64,000 nucleotides of DNA from Pseudogymnoascus verrucosus (lineage: Eukaryota), in the NCBI GenBank assembly GCA_001662655.1, contig KV460221.1; one strand, given 5' to 3'. Below the pieces are notes generated by a model. That model had not been told where the DNA came from and did no database searches. It worked only from the letters and a program-made list of their open reading frames with translations. Position numbers and translations under genes: made by a program. How positions within the stretch are numbered: the stretch's first letter is position 1; each line of letters starts with the position of its first letter. Shown in pieces: positions 35,874-46,900 of the stretch.

Positions 35874-38012
35874 TCATTTGAAGCCGTGTAGTTCCAACAT
35901 ATCCACTGCCCCTGTACCTGAGAAGGCACACGCTAGCAGACTGCCATCTGGTGACAAGGCAATACCCGAATCGATCTCACCAGGCCTAACGAGCGTATCG
36001 TGCACGTTTCCCGTGGTTGACTCCCATATCTGTATCGTCTTGTCTAAGGAAGCTGATAAAAGCAGCTTCCCGTCTGGTGAGAAGGCGATGGACACAACAC
36101 TCCTAGTGTGCTCTGCAAATGTTTGTCGATTTATTCCTGTAGCTAGATCCCATATCTTAACCGTGGTATCTAGTGAAGTTGATGCTAGTAGTTGACCGTC
36201 CGGTGAGAAGGCTATAGCAAAAATGCAGACACTATGCGCCACAAACGATCTTATCTCATATCCTGTGTGCGGATCCCATAGTTTGATAACTCCACCCCCA
36301 CAAGCGGATGCGAGTAGCCTTCCATCTGGTGAGAAGGCGACAGATTGAGCACCGCGCTTATGTATGAGAATTAACAGTAAGCATCCCGTAGTAGGATCCC
36401 ATATACGGATCTTCTTCTCGTCAGAAGCGGATGCTAATAACTTTCCATCTGGTGAGAAGGCGATGCAATTAACAAAATCGCCACTCTCCATAGGACTCTG
36501 CATTTGTAGCTCCTTTCCTGTGGCCGGGTTCCAGAGCTTGACCGTCCTATCACGCGCATCACCGACTCTCACGGCACACGCTAGGAGATTTCCATCTGGT
36601 GAGAAAGCCATGGCACCAACCCCTCTGTTATGTTCAAGTACTTGCAACGTCTTTTGCGTAGCTACATCACATAGCCTAACTGTCCCGTCAAGCGAAGCTG
36701 TCGCTAGCAGCTTACCATCTGGCGAGAAAGCGATGTCAAAAACCCTGGAGGTATGGCCCCGAAGTGTTGTCATCCGGCTCCCCCATATTTTGCCGCGATG
36801 TAAATCCCCCGAGACTGGTAATTCAGGGATGTGGATTTCTTTCATTGAACCTGACTGTACACACTGTAGAGCACTGGGGTATATACTCAAAGGGAACTGT
36901 TCAATGTCCGCTCTATAGTCTAGTATGAAGCGCTTTGCATCGAGCACGAAGCCCCTTAGCTTTGCACTGCATATTGCCTGCATATTTCTTAATTTAGCAT
37001 ATATTCCATTCCCATCCAGGTTTTGTCGTCACACTCACGTTATCAACGAGACTTACTAAAGACTCTAGTGAATTGATACCATCCTGTAAATGCCCTAACA
37101 AACTAAGAGCCTCGAGCCAGCATAGAAAATGGCCTGTGAGGAAGTTGTAGACTTGGTTTTGCAGATCCACGTCACCCAAAAACTTATATTTACCACGGCA
37201 GAGATGAGGTACCCAATATCTACAGGCGTACCGAAGCTCTTCAGGAACCATGTGGTTTATGTGACTGCGATGTATTGCGCCTATCTTTGTGTTTTCTAAA
37301 GATAGTTTGCAAATATTTCTCTGTAAGCCGCTTGATATTTGCTGTATGCACTTCTCGGCAAGGGCACAGTAGGCTCTTTCTTCGTCTAACGTACGTTAAA
37401 ATCATTTCAAATCTATATTGTTAAACAAGGGAGAACGTACGAAGAAGATTTTGAGCGTTGCTTGCTAATAATGAGATATTATCCACAGCTAACGCATCAG
37501 AACCGGCCCTATTCTTCTTCACAGGCGCCGAGCAGGTAAATCCTTTTGCGTCACACCTTTGGCATTTTTCGCCTGGCCATTGGCGCTCGGAGGGTTCACA
37601 CTAAGCGCACCGAGTTGTAAGTTACATCTCGGGTGTGTAGACGCGCAGAGAGGAGAGGAAAGGAGAGGGAAACGTTGGTTATGGGACGGTCAGGAATGAA
37701 GAACTGAGCGAGTAATGGAGAGAAGGAGTGTGAGAAGAAGGGGCTGTAGGGAAGGATAAGGGGATTGAGCCGCATATGATAGTGCAAGACACTGACCTTC
37801 TTCTTGGACCGCCGGCAAAAGTCACACTTGACGTATTCTAATCGACGTTTCTGTCTTGGAGGTCCAAGTTCTATAGCAGGACGCGTAGTGGAGTCGGGAT
37901 AATCTGACTGCGTTATGGGTGCTAGACTGCCGAAGTTGTGACGATCTATTTCGATCAACTTGGCCCAGTTGGCCTCATATGGTTGTTGATGATTGACGAT
38001 GTTTGAATTCAT
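35874..38012 (-). CDS. Zn(II)2Cys6 cluster + HNWD/HET-E-like helical region + 7 WD40 repeats, ~608 aa; complement(join(35874..36977,37039..37385,37441..37600,37797..38012))
   Basis: Splicing yields CDFCRRSKKK-CEPSERQWPGEKCQRCDAKGFTC (C-x2-C-x6-C-x11-C-x2-C-x6-C), then GLQRNICKL...ELRYACRYWVPHL...HFLCWLEALSLLG...DAKRFIL...PLSIYPSAL, then seven A(F/L)SPDG.LL repeats. Donors GTCAGT/GTACGT/GTGAGT; reading frame open throughout. Confidence 0.75.
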
Positions 38013-38289
38013 ACTTTGACTCTGCCACGGACAAGGGCTCGGGAAAATAGTAAAAGCTGGATCGGACTTTGTTGATGATTATGAAGAGCTCTCCCAGACT
38101 ATGAAGGGCGTTCGTTACCAGACACCTACATGGATGCATAGAGCCTTGTGGTGTTTCCGAGACCTGGTTGCCTTGGCACGGCTCAGCCCCTCGACATGCC
38201 ATTCAATTGCCCCGAATGGCCTTCACGCAAGAGAGTGGTAAAGGACCCCAGGGGTCTAGGATCCCCATCCCTCAGCAAATGAAGAGCGA

Positions 38290-39170
38290 GCGCACTTGGT
38301 CGCAATGTAATCTATCCGCCTCATAACTGCGTACCTAGTCTGTCGCACTGAAGTACGACAGCTACGATGAAAGGTTAATCGCGGTCCTGTGGGCCCAACA
38401 AGGGAGCACCAAATGCACGGTGAACATCCGGCGGGTCGGAGTCTCAGTCTCCAAGAGACTCCGACCCGCCGGATGTGCGTGCACTAGTCACAGTTCTTGC
38501 CCACAACTGTCGAATCTATTCGCCTTCAGGCTCAGCGCACTGAAGTGCGACAGCATGGATGGAAAGTTCACCACAGTCATCAACCCAATTCACCCCTGTT
38601 GTAAATGCAGAAGAAACCCCGTTTGTTAGGCTTCCCTCCAATAAGACCAATGCGCACTAGTCGCAGTGCTGGAGCACACTCGTCGCAACGCTCGCGCACA
38701 GATTGTCGAAGGCGTCTCTCCGGATTTCAAGATCAGCGCACTAACGTGCGACAGCTAGGATGGAGGGTTAATCGCGCCCAACAAGAACCTCCCCCCAATA
38801 AGAATAATGCGCACTTTGTCGCACTGCTCACACTGCTCACACAGACTTGTCGCAGTGGTCGCAGTGCTGCTCCTGGTAGATTTTCAGGTTGCGTATTCTA
38901 GACACACACTTGTAGGTGTGCTCCCACTTCGTCCACAGCCTTACAAGCCGGTGGTGGCCAACCAGCACAAATGCGACGGATAGAAGAATAGTCCATGGCT
39001 CTTTACATGGATTCCCTATCCAATAATAATAATGCGCACTTGTCGCAGTGCCCACATGCTGCCACGGATCAACTATCGTATTACACATGACGCCTACCTT
39101 TACATCTATCCAACGCCACAGGCGCTCACTTGTATAGCACGTTGCGGGCTTGCACTTCGCGTCGCACTCT
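38290..39170. repeat. Degenerate repeat array (~160-225 bp spacing) carrying GCGCACT..GTCGCA and CGCACT-N3-GT(G/A)CGACAGC motifs
   Basis: Motif A at ~38290, 38479, 38650, 38807, 39032; motif B at ~38341, 38533, 38734. Confidence 0.7.
38424..38476. repeat. Perfect inverted repeat, 22-bp arms, 9-nt loop
   Basis: ACATCCGGCGGGTCGGAGTCTC-agtctccaa-GAGACTCCGACCCGCCGGATGT. Confidence 0.93.
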
Positions 39171-39381
39171 CCAAACCAAAGTGCGATATCAGAACCGACC
39201 TGCGCTCTCGCCGGAATGAAATAAGCTAAATAAGTTATAAAGGCTCAGTTCCCCCATTGTAAGTCATCTCTCATCTACAGTCAGTTTCAGTACAATCAAA
39301 GACGACCAAAGCAAACATATCAAGAACCCACCGGCGCCATTGTTTCCTGGGTCTAAATACGGCATCCCGACGTTTCCTCCT

Positions 39382-39963
39382 ATGTCCAACAGCATGTCGC
39401 TGGCCATGTCCTCTACCTCTTCGCTCACACTACTCCTTCCAACTCTCAATTCCATGTCCTCCACGACCTCACCCACCCCCGTCCCAACCCTCCTCGACAC
39501 CACCCCCACCGCAACACCTTCCATCTTCTCCAACCCCTCTTCCGACTCCTCCGCTACAATCCAAACAATAACCTTCGGCATCCTCTCCGCCGTCCTCGCC
39601 ATCGGCTCAATCATCCTCGCCTACCTCCAGCTCGTCCGTATGCGGAGGGAAAGGCTTGAGAGAGCTAGGGATGATTGTGAGATGAGCCGCATATCACGTT
39701 ATCGTGTGCAGGGAAGCCAGGGCCCTTCTTCCATGGCTCAAGTTTCGACTCCGCCGCCGCTATACGGACAATCGCATTTAGCGTCGTCGTCAGCTAGATC
39801 GCATTCAACATCCTCTCAACCGTTATCGCCGTCAGCTCAACCATCCTCGGCTTCCTCTCAGCCGTCCTCGTCGTCGGCTCAATCATCTCCAACTGCATCT
39901 ACTCCAGCTGGTCGGCACGGGGAGGGAGTGTCTTTGGGGGGGCATGACTGCGAGATGAGCTAG
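39382..39963 (+). CDS. Hypothetical Ser/Thr-rich single-pass membrane protein
   Basis: S/T/P-rich N-terminus, hydrophobic TITFGILSAVLAIGSIILAYL followed by basic RMRRER; TATAAA at ~39236; start ATG uncertain. Confidence 0.5.
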   Translation: MSNSMSLAMSSTSSLTLLLPTLNSMSSTTSPTPVPTLLDTTPTATPSIFSNPSSDSSATIQTITFGILSAVLAIGSIILAYLQLVRMRRERLERARDDCEMSRISRYRVQGSQGPSSMAQVSTPPPLYGQSHLASSSARSHSTSSQPLSPSAQPSSASSQPSSSSAQSSPTASTPAGRHGEGVSLGGHDCEMS

Positions 39964-40634
39964 TCGACGTACCATCGTTGAACTGCCGCATATCACGGAG
40001 TCGTATGCAGGGGAGACAACGTCTCTCTTCCTTGGCTCAGCTTCCAGCAACTCATCATCCTTCCAGACTATCACATTTGATATCCTCTCGGCCATCCTCG
40101 TCTACCTCCATCTCGTCTGTATGAGAACGGAATGTCTTTGTGTTTGGGGGGGGGGGGGGGGTTAAAGATGGTTTTGCGGGTGCATTAGCTTCGATGTGGC
40201 ATCTCTGTATTGTGGGGTGTTAGGGTGTTCATATAAGGGCATAGGAGGAATAGAGGGCGTATGCTGGAAAATGGTATAGGAGGCAGGGATAGGGGCCGCT
40301 GTTTTTGTGGGGGTTTTTTTGTGGGCGGGGTGGGGGTTATTTTCTTTCTTCTTCTTTGTTATATAGAACGCGCTGGTGCTCATGGAGCGAGGCAGCAATA
40401 CTGTAGTATATCCAGGGCTGATACCCCGTTAAGTTGTTTAGTTAGGTGTGTAACTATATTCTGTAGGTGTACATTGGTTTCTTGTAGACGTTTATTGTGT
40501 GTTAATAAATCCTCAAAATCGTTATGCATTATTGCAGTGAGGCTCCAAAAAGGTCGGTTCTAACATGGTGATGAGGCAGACGGTGAGCCATTGTTAGTGG
40601 AAGTGTTGTAATCAAGGACTGGGGCCAAGCTGGT

Positions 40635-40684
40635 GCTAATCCAAATCAGGGTGCACCGCGCGGTGCACCCTGATTTGGATTAGC
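40635..40684. repeat. Perfect 50-bp palindrome (no spacer)
   Basis: GCTAATCCAAATCAGGGTGCACCGC|GCGGTGCACCCTGATTTGGATTAGC. Confidence 0.95.
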
Positions 40685-42589
40685 GTCTCTTTTCCTTTTT
40701 GGAGTTATGTTATCATATTATTTCACCCAACCTGGTGTCCCGCCGCTTTTTCGTCACTGTGGTCAAGAGCCAGCTAAGGAGACAAGTAAATATGGCAAGA
40801 ACGATTACCAAGCAAGCTCTGTCGTACCTTCCCCAGATCCTTTCACTCCCTAAACTTCAAGAACGATTACCAAGCACGCTCAGCCGTAGCTTCCTTGGGA
40901 GTTTTCAATGAAACACTCTCTAAAGTAGCTCATCTCAACATTCCACTCGTCGTAGATAGCCACAACATCCCCCCCCCCTCTCCTCCTTCCTCCCCATAAC
41001 ACCTTGATCCCAAAGCAGCCACTTCATCCCAGCTAATCAATCCCCGCGCGTCTCCGTTCGTGAGGACGGAGATGAAAATAGACACTATAAGTCTGCTCGG
41101 GCGGATGGGCTGGGTGGGTTTGCTGTGGGTGCTGGGATGGGATGGTTGGGTTTAGGGGGAGAGAGAGAGGGAGAGGTGGGGAGGGGGTGAGTCAGGGGGT
41201 TGATGATGATGATGATGATGGAAAAGGGGTGATGTATCAACCCCTATCTCCATACCTCAGTCACAATGCAATCCATATACATATACGTGTTTGAGAGATT
41301 AAGTATATATACCCATATCCATCCTATAAAACCCTCCATACAACCCATCCCACGCCATCCAATCCCACCCAAACCCCCCATAAAAACCCCCTAACCCCCC
41401 ATGAAGCCGTACATATATAACCCCCCCCCCGACCAACCGATCGCCGCGCACACAGTGGTATAACCAACACAAACAATACAATAAAAATGCACACGCAAAA
41501 AAAAAGCCCCCAAACGCAGGACTATCCATCCACAGAATCCATCCACAGAATCCGATCCCCAGCAATAGACCTCCAACAGCCATCCACCCGCCCATCCATC
41601 TATCCTCAATAACAACAGCCATCCCCTCCGATCCCCAAAACACGTCCAAGGAGCGAGCCATCATCCACCGACTCAGAGATCACCCAAAGCCCATACACCT
41701 CGACCAGATCATACTCCACAAACACACAAGTACCACGTCACAACATAACACAGCACGCCATCTCCACCACCGCCATCCTCCTCCCCCAAGCTCCAACCCC
41801 ATCCATCCAGCGACGCCGACACATACCTCGCCCAAACCTTCTCTACATAAATAGAAGCCTCAGAAACGCCGTAAATATCGTCATGGCTGGCTGCATGGCC
41901 TCGGAACTCGGCGGCGGGGTGTGAGCGAAGCCCCCCCGGAGGGAGAAAACATTTCATCTTGGGTGGGGTGGATATAGGAGGCGGAGGGCGAACTGGAGCG
42001 CTGCTGCTGCTGCGGGGGCGGCGATGAAGTGAATGAATCCATGAACCGAATCGTACCATATCATCTCCATCACACAACCCCTATCCACTCCACCACCTTG
42101 GGGTATAAAAGACGCCGATACTAGTACAACTCCCCTCCCCCCTCCCTCCCCCCTAGTGCCGACTCTTCTTGAGAAGATAACAGACGTACAACCCCCCACC
42201 TGCTGCCTCGATCGCGAAGACTTCAGGAGGAGGGTTCGATGATGTGTTATCTTATCAGGAGGTCGGGACTCGGGGGGCGAGGCGGGGGTATAGTTGTCTG
42301 TTTTTTTGTGGGTAGGATATTGACATCATGGTGGATGGTGTGGGGTGAAAGTATAGGTGGTGGGCGAACTGGAGTGCTGCTGCTGCTGCTGATGATGATT
42401 TGAACCGAATCGTAAGGAATGGATGAATGGGCCGGCTCGTATCGAATTGTATCATATCAGATCCACCCTTCCGCACCCCCATCCACCTCGGGGTATACTA
42501 TTAAACAGTCCACTAACTCCAGCCTCTCGCACAACAGCAACCCTATCCCCTCACTCCATCTTCTCCGTCCTAGGTGAGGTTGAGAAAAA

Positions 42590-43944
42590 TCATTCGTCGC
42601 TACCCCTCCTCCCACCGGGGCTCTCGGCGTCGGAGCTGAGGGTTCCTTCGGTTTTGATGTCGGTGGTGGTGTAGCGGCGCTGGGTGGAGGGGGCGGAGAT
42701 GGATGAGGATTGGTGGTGAGAGGTTGATGTTGGGCGGGCGGGTTTGCCGCAGCCTTTTACTAGGACGTGTCTCTGTCATCTTATTAGCAACTATTCACTC
42801 TGCCCAAAACAAGATGGGTGAAAAAACGGGGAAGAAAAGGGGGGGAAATAATAAAATAAAAACATACCTTCAGCGCATCCTTCCTCGAAAAACTCTTCTC
42901 ACACTCCCCACACGGATACGGCTTAACCGCCAAATGAATCCTCTTATGCCTCTTAAGATCATGATTCCGATTAAAGCTCTGCGGGCACTGATCGCACTTA
43001 AACGGCCTATCCAAGCCCAGTTGCATGCCCCCTCCAACTCCAACTCCATACTGCTGCAACCCCCCGTGTCCCACCCCATGCGGAACCCCATGGGACGCGT
43101 ACAGAGGGTAGCTGCCCTGCATACCGTGATGCTGCTGCTGTTGCGACATTCCGTGGCCTGGGGGGGCGGAGAGGAGCGAGAGTTGCGAGCCGGGGGAGTG
43201 GACGTTCGACATTACCGCGCCTGAGAGCGTGGGTAGGGCGTATGGGAACGGACGATACGGCCCCCCTGCTCCCGCGCCAGTGGTGGTGGTAGGTGATAAC
43301 CTCGCAGGCGGTGGGGAGGGCTGCGTATAAGACGGGAAGGGATGCGCGGTTGTCGGCGGGAAGGCGTAGGTTGGTGTTGGAGGCGGGCGGGGACCGTAGG
43401 CATCGTGTTGTGGCGCTTGATGTTGTTGTTGGACGGGCTGCTGCTGCTGCTGTTGGTCGGATGCAGAGGAGGAAGAGGGGTAGGGGAGCGACATGCTGTA
43501 TTGTTGCTGCTGCTGCTGCTGGTGCGGAGGTATCGATTCATCCGAACTCTGTGGTCTGGGGGGGTAATTCGACTGTGGTGGCTGGGGAGCATATAACGCT
43601 CTATTATAAATCGGCGGCTGTTGGTTCCCCTGATGTCCCTGCCCCTGCTGCTGCCCCGGACTCTGCGTCTGTCCCTGTCCCCCCGACGGATTACTAAAAG
43701 CATAAAACGGCACCGCCCCCGCAACAGGCGGCCAATACCCCATTTGTTGACCGTAGGGGGGGAGGCCGTTGGAGGCGGCTGCGGCGGCGTCGGCGGCGGA
43801 GACGGGGGGGGTGAGGATGGATTGCTGCGTGTTTGGGGCGGTGGAGGTGTAGGGGGGGTATTTGGAGTCGGGGGGGGGGAGTTGGAAGGTTGGGAGGGAG
43901 GAGGCGGCGGGGCGGCGGGCGGTGAGGGGTTGGGGGGGTTCCAT
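42590..43944 (-). CDS. C2H2 zinc-finger transcription factor, ~419 aa; complement(join(42590..42772,42868..43944))
   Basis: Gln/Pro-rich N-terminus; RPFKCDQCPQSFNRNHDLKRHKRIH and KPYPCGECEKSFSRKDALK-RHVLVKGC across a GTATGT..CTAAT..CAG intron. Confidence 0.9.
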
Positions 43945-46900
43945 GGTGAGGGTGGTGGTGGTGGTGGTGTGGCGAGGGTGGTGAGGAGGTGAGCGAGGTG
44001 CTCAGGTGACGAAGTAGATGGTTCTCGTGGAGTCGCGCAGTGTCGGGGAGGAGAAAAGCGGTTCTATCGTCGTCGTCGTGCGTCTGCAGCCCTTCGTCGT
44101 CTGGTAGTCAAAAACGTCCTCCTTCTTCCTTTCTTCCTTCCTTTCTTCTTATCGTCCACGTCGTAGTGATCAAATCTACAACCTTCCTTCCCTTCCTTTC
44201 TTCGTCGTCGTTTTCAACACCACAATCCACAATCCAGTCCGTTCTTCCTCGTTATCGCGGGTCGTATACACAAATCCTCCACCCTATATACACCCTCCTA
44301 TCCTATCACACTCTCCAAGTCCAAGTCCAAATCCCAAGCCTCTCAAACCCTCGCCACTCAACTCAGCCCTGGTGCTCTCGTTCGTTCCTGTTCACCTGTC
44401 CACTCGGGCGCTGGGCTGGGTGGGAAGTGAAAACCGGATCTGCGGGCGTGCGTGTGTGCGTGTGTGCGCTGTGGGTTTCCTCTGTTTTGGCTGGCTGGGC
44501 GTTTTGGGCGTCCGTCTCTCTCTCTGTCTGCGCGCCTCGTTCGTCTCAGATTCAGACTCGACTTGATGTTGTGTACTGCGCTGATGCGTGGTTTACCCCG
44601 TGTGTTCAGCGTGGTGGCGTGGCGTATAGATTAACAAACCCTCGCACAAAGGCCTCAGTAGTGGTAACTCCCTGTACTGCCCTTCTCTCCCAACAGTAGA
44701 ATCGCAGACAATAGAATCGTCGCGCGGAGATATATATCCCGTAGTCCTTCCTGCTCAAGAACAACAACAACAGTAACAGTTATAGTCGGATGAAGTAAGA
44801 TAAAGGTAAGAAGGTGCTCCAAGTGTTAGAAGTGATAGTAAGTAAGTAGTAAGGCAAGGTAAGAACTCTCCTCCTCGGCGCACACAGGCTAACTAACTAA
44901 CCAGCGTCGATCGCGGAAGCTCAGGCCGGGTGGTGGTGGGAATACGCGCGCGTGGGTGCCGGAGGGCTGGGTGGTGGGTTTTGTGTGGGCGTGAGGCGGG
45001 CTTTGTATCTGCACTTGGAGGGGAGGGGGAGGGGGAGGGGGAGAGGGACTGGGGGACTGGGGGGTGGATATGGATGGGAGTGGGGAGGGATGTGTTAGGG
45101 TGGTGGATGGGGTTAGGATGGGTTAGGATGGGCTGGGGGGAGGGAAAGGGCTGGGCGTGATGATGGGGTGCAGGGGTGTGGGGGGGTGAGGGATGGGGAG
45201 GGGAGGGGTGGTTTGTGGTGGTGGGTAGTGGGAGTGTTAGTAGTGGGTAGTGAGAGAGTAGTAGGAGTGGTAGAGATGGAAGGGGGAGATGTATGTTAGT
45301 GGACTCGATGGTTGAGAAAGGTAGGGGTAGAGGTAGAGGTAGAGGTAGGGGGAAGTGAGTGTGTGATAGGCGGTGTTGTGGGGCTAGCTGCTAGGGTACA
45401 TTTTTCTTTTGTATCTGGTATTGGTATTGCGTGTGGTTTTGTAGTGGTTTTTGTGGTATTCTGTGGTATTTTTGTTGTGTGCCTTAGGTGGGATTGAGGT
45501 TAGTGTCGTTTTGGTTTTGGGAGGGGATGGGATGGGGGGGAGGGGATTAGGACTAGTGGGTGATAGGTGGTAGGGGGGAAGTTGACAGGTTGGGTGGGGG
45601 AGGAGAGGAGGAGGAGGAAGAAGGAGGGGGTGGCGAGAGTGGTTGGTTGGGGGTGTGGGTAGTGGGTAGTGGGTAGTGGGTACTAGTGGTGGATGTAGAT
45701 GGGAAGAGGAAGGGGAGACGAGATGATCGGACGATGGGGGATGGGGATGGAGAGCTCGTGACTAGTGTGGGTGTGTGATTATGGTTATGGTTGTGAGTGG
45801 GTGTGCGGGGAGAGAGAGAGATATAGATTAGTGGTATTGTTGAGAAGAAGGGTAGATAGAGCGTGAGAGTGCGTGATGGAATAGACTAGGAGTGGCCGTG
45901 TGAGTGCACGTGTATGTGAACTCGCGTGAATGAATATATACGAATGTAGGTGTCTCAATCGAGCGAGGTATAGACGGGAGAGTATAGGTTGTGTGTGTGT
46001 GTTTATTCGCCACCAAAGGCATGGGAAAGTGAAGAGAGGCCAGAGCACTATTTCACTCACTCTTTTGGGACAGAGACGACATGGGTAGGATGGGATAGAA
46101 GTTGCAGGGCAGGGTAGGTAGGGCAGATGATGCGATACAGCGGGTGCTGGTGGGTGGTGGTGGTGGTGGTGGTGAGGGTGAGAGGTGAGGGTGAGGAGCG
46201 AGGAACGAGGATGAGGGTGTGGGGTGCAGTTAGAGTGGTAGAGGTTAGATTACCAGATTACTGTACCGCGACTAACAAGCGAAAAGCGGCGCGCGACGAG
46301 AGGGAAAAAAGAAGATAAGAAAGTGGAGTGGAGACAGAGTGATGGAGTGATTGTTTGATATTGCCTCAAAGCTAAAATTAAGTTAGTTAGTGCCGTAAGA
46401 GCTGAGGTGTGTTCATACATGCTTTCAATATCCCGCCGTACCGTATATAGATAGTATAACTTGAGAAAGTGTACACACCCATTTAATACACATACACCCT
46501 GTAAATACTCATCAGGGGAGTCAGACCCAAAGAATCGATTCAACAAACTCATCACTCATCACTCATCACCCATCTCATCTCATCGCTGAAATGAGACCCT
46601 ACTGTATCTACCCTACCCTAACAGAACAAGACAAGACATGAGATGAAGATGTCCCACCACGCACGCTGCTGCACCCTGCACCCTGCACGTCCACTACAGA
46701 ACAGCATGTACCCCTACACCTACACCTACACACACCCCCTAGGAGTGACAGCCCACAGCACACCTGGCAACCCCACACTCAGCTCAGAAGTGGAACGTAC
46801 CTCTACTTCCACTTTCCATCTCCTCCCCAGTCCCTGCTATCCCTTCTCTCCCTCCCCTGCCGCCGCAAAAACCGAGCGATAATCCACATCCACCGCCATC

